64,000 nucleotides of DNA from an uncultured Pseudomonadota bacterium (lineage in GTDB: Bacteria > Oederibacteriota > Muellerivitia > Muellerivitales > Muellerivitaceae). Positions 9,843 through 18,831 of this stretch are shown here, one piece after another. The number at the start of each line of letters is the position of its first letter. Positions within the stretch are counted from its first letter, which is position 1. Where the stretch lies: NCBI GenBank assembly GCA_963836235.1, contig CAWIIP010000002.1, positions 1,184,001 through 1,248,000 on the forward strand, given 5' to 3'. The notes beneath the pieces are model-generated. The model did no database searches, had not been told where the DNA came from, and saw only the letters and a list, made by a program, of their open reading frames with translations. The position numbers and the translations under genes are program-made.

Positions 9843-9902
9843 GCCTCCCTATTCTGGACAACTTATCTTGCCTTTATTTTAGCTCTTTGACGGCAAAAGG
9901 GT

Positions 9903-9930
9903 TGTCCACGACGGGTCCCCGTCGTGGACA
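9903..9930. repeat. 28-bp cassette site (perfect)
   Basis: TGTCCACGACGGG-TC-CCCGTCGTGGACA. Confidence 0.95.
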
Positions 9931-9932
9931 AG

Positions 9933-10796
9933 TTAAACAACGGCCTTGATTCGTTTCCAATCCTCTTCAATAAAACCAACCACACTGTCATCCTGATTCG
10001 ATCCGATGATCTGATGGGCATGTTTCTTTAATTCCGGCTCGGCGTTGCTCACGGCGATGCTTCGATCCGCTATCTTGAACATCTTGATATCGTTCATGTG
10101 GTCCCCAAAAACCACCAATTCCCTGTCCTGAAGTCCCATTCGCTCCTGAAGAGTGCGGATCGCCTGGTCCTTGGTTGCCCGGTGGTCGTGGATGGTCAGC
10201 CAGTGCCAACCACGACAATAGATGTCCTCAACAAAATGGGTTTCCACCCCTGACCCATGACTTTTTTGGATGGTTTTTTCCAAAGGTTGTAAGGTTTCCT
10301 CTTTCCCAATGACCGTCAGGCAAACCACATCTTGGGATTTGATGGCTTCGAAATTCCTTACCTGGAGAAGCCGATGGTCGTTATTTTTCCTACGGTCGTT
10401 CAAATAAAATTCCATCCCATCATTCTTGATCTCGCTGTAATAAAGCCGGTCATTTTCGCCGTCGAACGCGGATACGAAAGGCAGGTGTCGATGATCCAAA
10501 ATGGTTTTGAGGAGGTCTTTCACGATCTCAGGTTGGATACAGTTGATGAGCTGATGGTCACCGGTTTGGTAATCAGAAATAAAAGCGCCGTTGAATTCGA
10601 TGACCGGCAAAGCAAGGGAAAGCCCCCTTAAAACCTGGCGGATGGAAACGATGCTCCGGGCACTGGCAACGGTGAACAGAAGTCCTTCCTTCAATAAAAA
10701 CTCTAAAGTGCGCAAGGAAACATCGGACAATTTCCCATTATTGGCAAGAAGGGTTCCATCCAAGTCCGATATATATAATGGTTTCGTCGAAGTCAT
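9933..10796 (-). CDS. Cof-type HAD-IIB hydrolase (cassette)
   Basis: SDLDGTLL, ASAR, FGDHMNDIKMF. Confidence 0.9.
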   Translation of the reverse strand: MTSTKPLYISDLDGTLLANNGKLSDVSLRTLEFLLKEGLLFTVASARSIVSIRQVLRGLSLALPVIEFNGAFISDYQTGDHQLINCIQPEIVKDLLKTILDHRHLPFVSAFDGENDRLYYSEIKNDGMEFYLNDRRKNNDHRLLQVRNFEAIKSQDVVCLTVIGKEETLQPLEKTIQKSHGSGVETHFVEDIYCRGWHWLTIHDHRATKDQAIRTLQERMGLQDRELVVFGDHMNDIKMFKIADRSIAVSNAEPELKKHAHQIIGSNQDDSVVGFIEEDWKRIKAVV

Positions 10797-10842
10797 GTCC
10801 TATTATTCTTCATCGGTTTCTTTCGCGCCAAGGATTTTCCCT

Positions 10843-10870
10843 TGTCCAATCTGTGTCCCCGTCGTGGACA
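10843..10870. repeat. 28-bp cassette site
   Basis: TGTCCAATCTGTG-TC-CCCGTCGTGGACA. Confidence 0.85.
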
Positions 10871-10875
10871 ACCAC

Positions 10876-11307
10876 TTAACCAATCTTCTTATATAAAAAG
10901 TACCGTTCGCTTCCCTTTGGGAAGTGTTTTAAGGAACCAAATCTTTTAAAACCTAATTTTCGATAAAATCCCGGAGCTTGGAAATCGAAAGTGTCCAAAT
11001 GGACATACTTGCAGCCCCTCTTTTTTGCAACTGCCTCAGCCTTATTAAGGAGTTGAGTTCCAATGTCCTTGTTCCTGTGTTTTTCATCCACCCATAACAT
11101 TTTTACAAAAAGCCAGCCCCAATAGGTGCCGCTGACCAAACCGGCGATCAATTTCCCCTTGGAGTCGATGGCCTCAAAATCCAAGTCCTTCCAATTGAAA
11201 CGGCCAATCTTTTTCGCGTTATAAGCATTGAGTTCTTGGACAACCCTATTTCGGAATTTTTTATTCGATGACGATACGGGTTTGATTGAAGCTGAAGTTC
11301 TTGTCAT
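10876..11307 (-). CDS. GNAT acetyltransferase (cassette)
   Basis: LWVDEKHRNKDIGTQLL, LDTFDFQAPGFYRKLGF. Confidence 0.9.
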   Translation of the reverse strand: MTRTSASIKPVSSSNKKFRNRVVQELNAYNAKKIGRFNWKDLDFEAIDSKGKLIAGLVSGTYWGWLFVKMLWVDEKHRNKDIGTQLLNKAEAVAKKRGCKYVHLDTFDFQAPGFYRKLGFKRFGSLKHFPKGSERYFLYKKIG

Positions 11308-11351
11308 GCCGCCCCTTTACGCCTTAATAAATAATCATCGCCTGAAAAGGT

Positions 11352-11379
11352 TGTCCACGACGGGTCCCCGTAGTGGACA
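11352..11379. repeat. 28-bp cassette site
   Basis: TGTCCACGACGGG-TC-CCCGTAGTGGACA. Confidence 0.92.
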
Positions 11380-11410
11380 GATTTTTTATATCAAAAGGGC
11401 GAATTGGAAT

Positions 11411-12544
11411 TTATTGGATTTCCCGGATCAGGTTGTTGTCCTGGTCCGCGATGTAGATTTTCCCGGAGGAATCCACCGCGATTCCATCAGGCTGGTTGAA
11501 AAGGGCCTGGTAGCAATTTCCGTTGGTTGAACCCGCGACCCCCACTTTTCCCAACAGGGTCGTCACCACGCCCCCTGGGGTAATTTCACGGATCAGGTTG
11601 TTCCACGCGTCCGTCACGTAAACATTTCCGGAGGAATCCACCGCGACCCCAAGGGGCATATTGAAAGACGCCGCGGTCCCGATTCCGTCGGCCGAGCCGG
11701 CTGACCCGGACCCCGCCAGGGTCGTCACCACGCCTCCCGGAGTGATTTTCCGGATCATGTCGTTGTAAGAATCCGCGACATAAACATTCCCCGAAGAATC
11801 GACCGCGAGTCCAACGGGATTATAAAAAGACGCGGCGGTTCCGGTTCCGTTGGTGGCCCCCCAGGCACCCGATCCCGCCAGGGTCGTCACGACGCCGCCC
11901 GGGGTAATTTTCCGGATGAGGTCGTTGGTTTGATCCGCCACATAAACGTTTCCGGAAGCATCGACGGCTATTCCCCAAGGTCCGTTGAACGAAGCGGCGG
12001 TTCCCGTTGCGTTTACCGCGCAACAAGGCCCGCCTCCGGCCAAGGTGGTCACCACCCCACCGGGGGTTATCATCCGGATCAGGTTGTTAATGGTATCCGC
12101 GACATAAACATTGCCCGAAGAATCCACCGCCAGGGCGTAGGGAGTATGAAAGGACGCGGCGGTCCCGGTGGCGTTGACGGCTCCAATCGCCCCGGACCCG
12201 GCCAAGGTCGTTACTACCCCACCTGACGTGATTTCCCGTATCAGGTTGTTGTAAGTATCCGCCACATAAACATTCCCGGAAGAATCCACGGCGGCCCCCG
12301 TAGGGAAATTGAACGACGCGGCTGTACCAGTGGCGTTGACGGCTCCAACCAACCCGGACCCCGCCAAGGTCGAAACGATTTTCCCGCTACAGGTGGGGGT
12401 AGGCGAACCTGTGGCGGTAAAGGTTTTGGTGGGAGGTGGAGCGGGAGTTGGAACGCTCAGAGGGCCTAACGTATAGGTCTTCTGGCAAGCCAGGGGGAAC
12501 AGGCCGATCAAGAGGATTACCGCGATAAGGAAAAGTCGATTCAT
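11411..12544 (-). CDS. NHL-repeat lipoprotein (cassette)
   Basis: Lipobox LAC, six repeats of FN.P.G.AVDSSGNVYVAD..N..IR.IT. Confidence 0.9.
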   Translation of the reverse strand: MNRLFLIAVILLIGLFPLACQKTYTLGPLSVPTPAPPPTKTFTATGSPTPTCSGKIVSTLAGSGLVGAVNATGTAASFNFPTGAAVDSSGNVYVADTYNNLIREITSGGVVTTLAGSGAIGAVNATGTAASFHTPYALAVDSSGNVYVADTINNLIRMITPGGVVTTLAGGGPCCAVNATGTAASFNGPWGIAVDASGNVYVADQTNDLIRKITPGGVVTTLAGSGAWGATNGTGTAASFYNPVGLAVDSSGNVYVADSYNDMIRKITPGGVVTTLAGSGSAGSADGIGTAASFNMPLGVAVDSSGNVYVTDAWNNLIREITPGGVVTTLLGKVGVAGSTNGNCYQALFNQPDGIAVDSSGKIYIADQDNNLIREIQ

Positions 12545-12596
12545 ACTTGCCTCAATTATAGAAGCGTAACGAAGATTGGATTATACCCCTTTTACC

Positions 12597-12624
12597 TGTC
12601 CACGATGGGTCCCCGTCGTGGACA
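12597..12624. repeat. 28-bp cassette site
   Basis: TGTCCACGATGGG-TC-CCCGTCGTGGACA. Confidence 0.92.
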
Positions 12625-12638
12625 AGTGTTTTCGTTGA

Positions 12639-12923
12639 TTAATGAGCGGCCAGATGGTGGCGTTTCTTTTTAGCTAGATAGTGCTGGTCCAATCCTTGGC
12701 GAAGGATCGATTTGATAACTGCTTGGCGGCTTACATTCATTTCGCGGACCAACCCATCCAATTCCTTAAGCATGTTTTCCGCGAAATCCACATTGACCCG
12801 GCGGATGGCCGGCATCATTTTTCCGTGGTTCGTAAAATGTTTCGAGATGTTCTCCCCTTTGTCAGCCATTTGAGCTAATTGTTCAGCCGTTGGAACTGTT
12901 TTTGCCTTATGAATGGTTTTCAT
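12639..12923 (-). CDS. CopG/RHH antitoxin (BrnA-type partner)
   Basis: RRVNVDF...LD....MNVSRQAVIK; overlaps the upstream toxin. Confidence 0.8.
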   Translation of the reverse strand: MKTIHKAKTVPTAEQLAQMADKGENISKHFTNHGKMMPAIRRVNVDFAENMLKELDGLVREMNVSRQAVIKSILRQGLDQHYLAKKKRHHLAAH

Positions 12924-13185
12924 ATAATTTCCTTTCTTCCTTAGTGGATTTCCAAAGAGTGACTAAGTGAATGTACTCGCCATCCCGATCCGTTCTCTCT
13001 TCATAGATCACGGTATAGAGCCTTTCCCCAACCCAACCAATAGCCCGCCATTGCTCCGGTAAATCCGAACGCTGGTCAAGGTAGTAAGGGCTTTCCCAAA
13101 GCATTTGGGCTTCCTCGAAACCAATGCCACGTGCCCGGTTCCGACGAAGGCTATTGCTCTTGTTCCTGTCGAACTTAAACCGCAT
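12907..13185 (-). CDS. brnT: BrnT-family toxin
   Basis: FKFDRNKS...RGIGFEEAQ...ERKLYE; operator-like palindrome GTATAAC-T-GTTATAC at 13197-13211. Confidence 0.85.
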   Translation of the reverse strand: MRFKFDRNKSNSLRRNRARGIGFEEAQMLWESPYYLDQRSDLPEQWRAIGWVGERLYTVIYEERTDRDGEYIHLVTLWKSTKEERKLYENHS

Positions 13186-13257
13186 CTACGCTCCATGTAT
13201 AACTGTTATACCATCTATTCCTGATTACCTCAAGAAAGCATCCGGCACGAATTTAGG

Positions 13258-13285
13258 TGTCCACGACGGGTCCCCGTCGTGGACA
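13258..13285. repeat. 28-bp cassette site (perfect)
   Basis: Exact consensus. Confidence 0.95.
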
Positions 13286-13302
13286 GCCTTTGAATGGGTT
13301 CC

Positions 13303-15021
13303 TCATTCAAAACCATAGAATGAATAAGGAACTGATTTTGAATCTTTCACCGTGCTGTTGACATAAACTTTACCGGAATCGCTGTCGTAGAGCCAACCTA
13401 TGTTACTACCAGTGGGGACTTCCCCCTTTTTGGCCATAGTGACATAATTTCCTTCCGGGCTTTTGGCACTTGCGACAAAAGCGCTAGTGACCTGGACCAT
13501 GGGAATAACTTGGGTTCCGGATGTATCCCTGCTTTCCATCACAGCCTGTTCCAGTTTTTCGGATGAGGCCGGCCAGCGATGGTGTTTTTGATGGTATGAA
13601 TGAACCCCTATATAAATCCGCAACAAATCACAACGAGTACAAGTTTCGTTCGTTTTTTCGACCATCTGGGCAAAGCGTGGCCTAGAGAACGAACTCATCA
13701 ACCATGTTTTTCTCCAGTCATCATCACGGACATGTTCAGCGGCGGCGGGACCCATTTTGAGAGCTTTCATATATTGGACACCATAATCATATTGGGAACC
13801 CTGGTCGAATAGCAAAAAGGGCCAATAAATGATTCCAAAGAATTTGCTAATAGCATTGCCTTCGAGGGTTACATATCCCCACCAACCTAATTGGCAAAAA
13901 TCCGTCAAATAAAATTTAAACAAGTCGTTTTGCATCGCTGTAAAAAATTCAGTTCTGATCCTACTCGGCTCAATGAAAGGAAAAAGCTCCATCCCTCCTT
14001 TCCCTTTTACCTCTAAAAGCGGCAAAACTCGCTCGGCTGGAGCCACCATCATTCCCGCAACGGCCACACCTATCATTTCTCCAATTAAGGTATGGGTTTG
14101 ATCCACCATATCTGCCAATAGGAACCCCTCCTCAAGGCTGCGGACCGCACCTTGGGCATTTCCGTCCATGGCTTGCACGGTCGCCCGAAAACGGATCAAA
14201 CGCGCAAGAGACAAAAGATGTGTCATCCGTGGAATAGCGATTTGCCAAGAGGGTTTATGATTCCAGTCAATTCCCCAATCTACTCCCTTGTATTCCGTAG
14301 TGGCGTCGATCAACCGGAAAGCATCTTCATGTTCTTTCAACAACTTTCGGGCATAGGCCTTGTCCTCGGCTGTCACGAGACCCTGGGAAACCCGGTGGGT
14401 GAAATAAATCGCGAATTCATCTTCAGCCATCTTTCCAAAAAAGGGCTGGTTGGTCAGGTTGGGCTGATTTTTATGATTCCCATATTTCCGTGTGTTTTCG
14501 GAAAACCTGCCATTGGGTGCGGGGTCATCATAAATTGCCGATAGCCCTCCGAATTTACGCATGGAAGGCGAGTTCCAGGCCTCGTTGATGAGGACAACGG
14601 CGTTTTGATCGTCCGGCAGCACGGGTGCATTTGACGAGGGTTCAAGGCTGTACCCGCCTTCTATGACGTCTTTTTGTGCGATGTTCAGGGAGATTTGCCC
14701 CATATACCGCCAAAAAAAACCGCCAGCTACATAACCCAGGATCATGAATAATAAAAACGGAAGGATGGAGCTAGCGAGTGCCCGAAACCCATTTTTCTTT
14801 TTGCGGTATTTCGGGAACGATTTTCTCCACAACCAAAAAAGGAAAGGGACTGATGCCGCCAATAACAGAAGAGTGATTGCCCAAAACCAAAAGGACTTGG
14901 TATCGGACCAAGGGGTTAAGCCCGACCAAGGCATGATTTTGCCAAGCCAGAAACCCGGCAAAGTTACCAACAATAAACCAGCTACCACTGGGGGCCAGAC
15001 GGTTTTCCAAAGAGATTTCAA
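13303..15021 (-). CDS. Hypothetical membrane protein (cassette)
   Basis: 572 aa with 3 N-terminal TM helices and a helical body. Confidence 0.75.
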   Translation of the reverse strand: MKSLWKTVWPPVVAGLLLVTLPGFWLGKIMPWSGLTPWSDTKSFWFWAITLLLLAASVPFLFWLWRKSFPKYRKKKNGFRALASSILPFLLFMILGYVAGGFFWRYMGQISLNIAQKDVIEGGYSLEPSSNAPVLPDDQNAVVLINEAWNSPSMRKFGGLSAIYDDPAPNGRFSENTRKYGNHKNQPNLTNQPFFGKMAEDEFAIYFTHRVSQGLVTAEDKAYARKLLKEHEDAFRLIDATTEYKGVDWGIDWNHKPSWQIAIPRMTHLLSLARLIRFRATVQAMDGNAQGAVRSLEEGFLLADMVDQTHTLIGEMIGVAVAGMMVAPAERVLPLLEVKGKGGMELFPFIEPSRIRTEFFTAMQNDLFKFYLTDFCQLGWWGYVTLEGNAISKFFGIIYWPFLLFDQGSQYDYGVQYMKALKMGPAAAEHVRDDDWRKTWLMSSFSRPRFAQMVEKTNETCTRCDLLRIYIGVHSYHQKHHRWPASSEKLEQAVMESRDTSGTQVIPMVQVTSAFVASAKSPEGNYVTMAKKGEVPTGSNIGWLYDSDSGKVYVNSTVKDSKSVPYSFYGFE

Positions 15022-15186
15022 ATTAATATTCCCTTCTCCATTACATGCAAAAGAAAATTGTTAGAAATCCCAAAACACCTCGTTGGCCCATAATAAAGCC
15101 GCCTCGATTGGCCGGACCGGAACCGGTTTATCTCATCTTGGTCCGTTGAGATATGCTCCTGAAAACAGGGGCCATCCATTTTTCCT

Positions 15187-15214
15187 TGTCCACGACGGGT
15201 CCCCGTGGTGGACA
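15187..15214. repeat. 28-bp cassette site
   Basis: TGTCCACGACGGG-TC-CCCGTGGTGGACA. Confidence 0.92.
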
Positions 15215-15226
15215 ACCAAAACCTAT

Positions 15227-15811
15227 TTATTTGCGATCAACCCATTTTTCCACAGATGTTGGAATATAAGCTTCCATTTCCTTAAGAAGTTGTTCCGGCT
15301 CTTGGGCCACCAATATCATTTGACGGTGTTCCTCCCTCAAAAAACGCTGGTCAACGGCGTGGTCCAAAAAATCCATCAAACGGTCGAAATAACCACGGAC
15401 GTTTAAAAAACCAACCGGTTTCGAATGGATGCCCAACTGCGCCCAGGTCAAAACTTCTGTCACTTCTTCCAATGTTCCCAGACCCCCGGGCATGGCAACG
15501 AACCCGTCCGACAATTGGAACATCTTGGTCTTTCTTTCGTGCATTGTTGGAACAACGTGAAGTTCCCCCAGGCCCTTATGGCCAACCTTTTGATTGAGTT
15601 CTTCGGTAATGACCCCAATCACTTCCCCCCCATGGCTCAAAACCGAGTTGGCGATCTCCCTCATTAGACCCACATTCGCCCCCCCATAGATAAGCGAACT
15701 ACCCCTCTGCGCCAGCCTCTTTCCCAACTCGCGGGATGCATCGACATACTCGGGGTGAGCCCCTGGGCTGGAGGCACAATTGACGCAAATTCTTTTTAGT
15801 TTTCCAGACAT
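15227..15811 (-). CDS. LOG-family (TIGR00730) nucleotide phosphoribohydrolase (cassette)
   Basis: LIYGGANVGLM, MHERK, MPGGLGTLEE. Confidence 0.92.
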   Translation of the reverse strand: MSGKLKRICVNCASSPGAHPEYVDASRELGKRLAQRGSSLIYGGANVGLMREIANSVLSHGGEVIGVITEELNQKVGHKGLGELHVVPTMHERKTKMFQLSDGFVAMPGGLGTLEEVTEVLTWAQLGIHSKPVGFLNVRGYFDRLMDFLDHAVDQRFLREEHRQMILVAQEPEQLLKEMEAYIPTSVEKWVDRK

Positions 15812-15850
15812 TTAAACCACCTTTATAAAAAACCATCACTTAAATTTACC

Positions 15851-15878
15851 TATCCAAGAAGGATCCCCGTCGTGGACA
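15851..15878. repeat. 28-bp cassette site (degenerate left arm)
   Basis: TATCCAAGAAGGA-TC-CCCGTCGTGGACA. Confidence 0.85.
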
Positions 15879-15888
15879 ACCAAAATAT

Positions 15889-16572
15889 TTAAGCGGGGAG
15901 CAATCCTGGCAATTCCATCAAACTCTGTATAACGGGAACTTCTAAACCCGATTCCACACCCCTGCTTTTGCGGTCCAGCCAAATACCTTTCATCCCGGCT
16001 TTTTGACTGCTCCTAGCATCTGTTTCTAATCGATCTCCTACGTAAACACAATCTGTCAATGGAACTCCCGCTTGTTTCGCGGCCAATTCAAAGATGGCTT
16101 GTTCGGGTTTGGCGCAACCCACCTCACCGCTGATGATGACGGTCGAAAAATATGGTTCCAAGTCTGTCTTTCGGATTTTGGACCGGTGTTGTTCCTTTTC
16201 ACCGTTGGTGATTAGCCCTAGGGAGCGTCCTTTCAGGGACCGCAAGCATGGAAGGGAGTCGGTGAAGAGTTCCCACCGAGATTCATAGGTATCCAGGTAC
16301 ACCTGAAAACGGGCATCTGCCTCGATCTCGGAAAGAGGATGGGAAAAGATTTCCCTCACCCTACCCCTGCGGCGTTCCTCTGTAGTCAACCTCAGGAAAG
16401 GAGAATTTGACTGGAAATATTTTTCCGAAACGGTTTCCCAACGCAAAAGAAAATCTTCCAAGTCTTCCTTAAAAGAAGACCGGTAAGTTTCATAGACCTT
16501 TGTGGCCCCGGCTTTGGCTGCGGCGCTGTGGTCCAAAAGAGTATCATCGAGGTCAAAAAATACCATGGTCAT
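15889..16572 (-). CDS. HAD-IA hydrolase (cassette)
   Basis: FFDLDDTL, ITNG, KP, VGDRLETD. Confidence 0.9.
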   Translation of the reverse strand: MTMVFFDLDDTLLDHSAAAKAGATKVYETYRSSFKEDLEDFLLRWETVSEKYFQSNSPFLRLTTEERRRGRVREIFSHPLSEIEADARFQVYLDTYESRWELFTDSLPCLRSLKGRSLGLITNGEKEQHRSKIRKTDLEPYFSTVIISGEVGCAKPEQAIFELAAKQAGVPLTDCVYVGDRLETDARSSQKAGMKGIWLDRKSRGVESGLEVPVIQSLMELPGLLPA

Positions 16573-16584
16573 CCTTTTATCCCT

Positions 16585-16612
16585 TGTCCACGACGGGTCC
16601 CCGTCGTGGACA
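16585..16612. repeat. 28-bp cassette site (perfect)
   Basis: Exact consensus. Confidence 0.95.
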
Positions 16613-16696
16613 AGGTCTGACTAACCTTTTTATTCTGTGTAGTATTTCGTGTCCAAACAAAACTTGGGATAGGAAAGATCGATTTTCGAAACACTT

Positions 16697-17095
16697 TTAA
16701 ACATGGGGAAACACCTTTCTTATCCATGCCTGCAAAACCAAAGCGTTGGTACAAGCGCATAAAACAATAATCAAAAACCAAGTAAAATATTTCCATTTAA
16801 ATTTGGAAGTGTATAAAAGAAACATTCTTATCAGCAACACATAAACGACGATGAAGCCATATAGTGGCACCGCGCTCCCTTCCAAGCTCCAATTAATTGA
16901 TAGCGCTTTATAAACAATCCGAAGAAGAATAAAGGGCGCGCTAACGAAATAGTATTGAACATTGGCGCTAATAATTTCGAGCCAGAAATAATTTGAATTG
17001 TTCAGGATTTTTACTTCTTTTGTTGCCCACAGAACAAAAGACACACCCGCAACTAAAACCATTTCACTGAGTAGTTTAGATTTATTAATATTCAT
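16697..17095 (-). CDS. Hypothetical multi-TM membrane protein (cassette; start at 17095 or 17143)
   Basis: Hydrophobic AT-rich ORF; the longer called ORF reads through the repeat site. Confidence 0.6.
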   Translation of the reverse strand: MNINKSKLLSEMVLVAGVSFVLWATKEVKILNNSNYFWLEIISANVQYYFVSAPFILLRIVYKALSINWSLEGSAVPLYGFIVVYVLLIRMFLLYTSKFKWKYFTWFLIIVLCACTNALVLQAWIRKVFPHV

Positions 17096-17156
17096 GTTTA
17101 TTAATGGTTTCCCGAGTTGGTCTCGAACTGGCCCGGCATTCATTCTCAATTTCACC

Positions 17157-17184
17157 TGTCCACGATGGGTCCCCGTCGTGGACA
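17157..17184. repeat. 28-bp cassette site
   Basis: TGTCCACGATGGG-TC-CCCGTCGTGGACA. Confidence 0.92.
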
Positions 17185-17237
17185 ACCTTTTCACTAATTT
17201 TTAACCCCACCACAAGAATCACTTTTGAGTTTTCTAT

Positions 17238-18137
17238 CTATTCTTTATTCCAATCCCTCAGAAGAGAATCCACTTCATATTTCAAATGCCTGTTTTTTGT
17301 GCTTTTTGAAAAATCTTCCAATGATTTTTTAACATTGTCATTTTTCATCTTCGTTAAAATCAAAAGCGCTTTATCTCGCAGATCATCTTTTTGGGATTCA
17401 TCTCGCAAAACTTTTATAATCGGCGAAAGTATCAGCTTTTGAACATCCATCGAAGCGCCCGATTGTTCTAAAAGCTCCATTGCCTCTGCCGCTTTAATTG
17501 AAACTTCCGGTGTCATATTCAAAGCTTTAATGAGGATCGGCTTGGCTTTTTCGTCCACATAGTTTCGATCTTTTAAAAAGTCATATTCATAAAGCGAATT
17601 TATTTCGTACCATTCATTATTTTCCAACCACCTTTGGTAATAAGGGGTCACAGTTTTTAAATCATCCAAACGATACAAAATATACACGGCATTTTTATCT
17701 TTATTGTTTCCAGTCAAAAACTCCTTCATTTTTTCAATAATAATTTTTTTATCATTCTTTTGAAATACCGGATCATTTTTCAAAGATGAGACTAACGCAC
17801 CCAGGACATAGAACGGGGAAAGGGATTTTAAATCGGTGGGATTATTTATTAAATCCAACACAGGCCCGATGGCCCGTCGGTCCCGCGAATTTGAAATCTG
17901 TTTTAAGGCTGCCTGTTTTTCCTCTAAATTCCCATTCTTAAGTTTTTCCAATAACTCGGATAAATGAGCCTGTATTGTTTGGGCTTCGGCCCGGGTTAAT
18001 TCTTCGGTCTTAACTCGACTTAACCGTTTTTCATCTTCATTACCAACGCTCTGTTTCTCGGTTTGGCCAAAACCGGGCGGAACACTTAAAAAGGTTAGCG
18101 TTATTAAAAATAATGCATTCCTCATAATTGATTTCAT
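17238..18137 (-). CDS. Secreted HEAT-repeat-like protein (cassette)
   Basis: Signal peptide, helical repeats (D.RAIGPVL; LRDKALLIL). Confidence 0.65.
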   Translation of the reverse strand: MKSIMRNALFLITLTFLSVPPGFGQTEKQSVGNEDEKRLSRVKTEELTRAEAQTIQAHLSELLEKLKNGNLEEKQAALKQISNSRDRRAIGPVLDLINNPTDLKSLSPFYVLGALVSSLKNDPVFQKNDKKIIIEKMKEFLTGNNKDKNAVYILYRLDDLKTVTPYYQRWLENNEWYEINSLYEYDFLKDRNYVDEKAKPILIKALNMTPEVSIKAAEAMELLEQSGASMDVQKLILSPIIKVLRDESQKDDLRDKALLILTKMKNDNVKKSLEDFSKSTKNRHLKYEVDSLLRDWNKE

Positions 18138-18169
18138 ATAACACCTTTCAATTTTTATGGCTTTTCACC

Positions 18170-18197
18170 TGTCCAATGCGGGTCCCCGTAGTGGACA
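18170..18197. repeat. 28-bp cassette site
   Basis: TGTCCAATGCGGG-TC-CCCGTAGTGGACA. Confidence 0.88.
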
Positions 18198-18233
18198 GCG
18201 TTTCATCTTCCTAAACGTCAATTATTTCCTTTT

Positions 18234-18626
18234 TCATTTCTTCTTTTTAAATTCCCCTACTTTAAATATTGCTTGGGCGCAAACTGCGATAACACAATTT
18301 ATTGCAACCATTGCGATCAACAACAAGACGTCCGAATCCCCCGTTAGGGCTGGAATAATGCCAAGGTAATACAGATACAACCGTAGTCCGATCATAAACA
18401 AAGCGGAGAGCAACCAAATAAGGGTGAATTTAGAAATAAATTTTCCCTTATCATCCCTAACAAATATGAAAACCAAAAAAACCATAAGAATAAAATAAAC
18501 AATAGTGCCACCGACAAGATGATGCAATTCCTCGGATAATCCCAAGGGATCCAAAATCAAATCCGACGCCCACCAGCCGCCGGCACCGATGAATATTGCG
18601 ATTAATGTTTCTATCCAGGTTGCCAC
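18234..18626 (-). CDS. Hypothetical 4-TM membrane protein (cassette)
   Basis: Four hydrophobic segments; fills the interval between sites. Confidence 0.7.
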   Translation of the reverse strand: MATWIETLIAIFIGAGGWWASDLILDPLGLSEELHHLVGGTIVYFILMVFLVFIFVRDDKGKFISKFTLIWLLSALFMIGLRLYLYYLGIIPALTGDSDVLLLIAMVAINCVIAVCAQAIFKVGEFKKKK

Positions 18627-18652
18627 TTATTCACACCCCTAGTGCTTTTCCC

Positions 18653-18680
18653 TGTCCACGATGGGTCCCCGCCGTGGACA
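18653..18680. repeat. 28-bp cassette site (proximal)
   Basis: TGTCCACGATGGG-TC-CCCGCCGTGGACA. Confidence 0.9.
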
Positions 18681-18831
18681 TGTTCCAATCCATGAACCAT
18701 TCTCCATCCATCCTTAGACCCGCGCCACAAGGATAAGCCCTCTAAAACCCAAGCAGGCCCTTCACCTTATCGGTGGCCGATTTGGCCTGGTCGGCCGTGT
18801 TGACCGCGCTTTGATAATTTTTCACTCCGGC
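18681..18831 (-). repeat. Diverged copy of the ParB-like gene 3' end plus trailer (21570-21718)
   Basis: Encodes ...GVKNYQSAVNTADQAKSATDKVKGLLGF* versus GVKGYQSAVNTADQAKSATDRVKSLLGF*. Confidence 0.9.

Larger units (their letters stand above)
8093..18680 (-). mobile_element. Integron-like gene-cassette array delimited by 13 co-oriented 28-bp sites
   Basis: Sites at 8093-8120, 9140-9167, 9903-9930, 10843-10870, 11352-11379, 12597-12624, 13258-13285, 15187-15214, 15851-15878, 16585-16612, 17157-17184, 18170-18197, 18653-18680; each interval holds one gene or one TA pair, all on the minus strand. Confidence 0.85.

Noticed and set aside
9902-9931. Arms as paired DnaA boxes (TTGTCCACG resembles TTATCCACA)
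   Set aside because: The similarity is partial and does not explain the invariant inner core or the one-per-gene spacing.
11411-12400. Tandem ~160-bp DNA repeats
   Set aside because: Fully explained by NHL protein repeats.
15018-15215. Small ORFs reading STTGTRRGQ or GSPSWT (also 16569-16796 and others)
   Set aside because: These are translations of the repeat site, not a protein family.
8093-18680. CRISPR array interpretation of the 28-bp palindromic repeats
   Set aside because: The intervals are 455-1901 bp and contain whole genes; no cas genes are in the window.
8093-18680. Classical integron attC sites
   Set aside because: Too short, no RYYYAAC/GTTRRRY boxes or extrahelical-base pattern, and no IntI nearby.
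8093-18680. Rho-independent terminators
   Set aside because: No consistent U-tract on the coding strand, a loop of only 2 nt, and uncompensated stem mismatches; terminators of unrelated genes would not share sequence.
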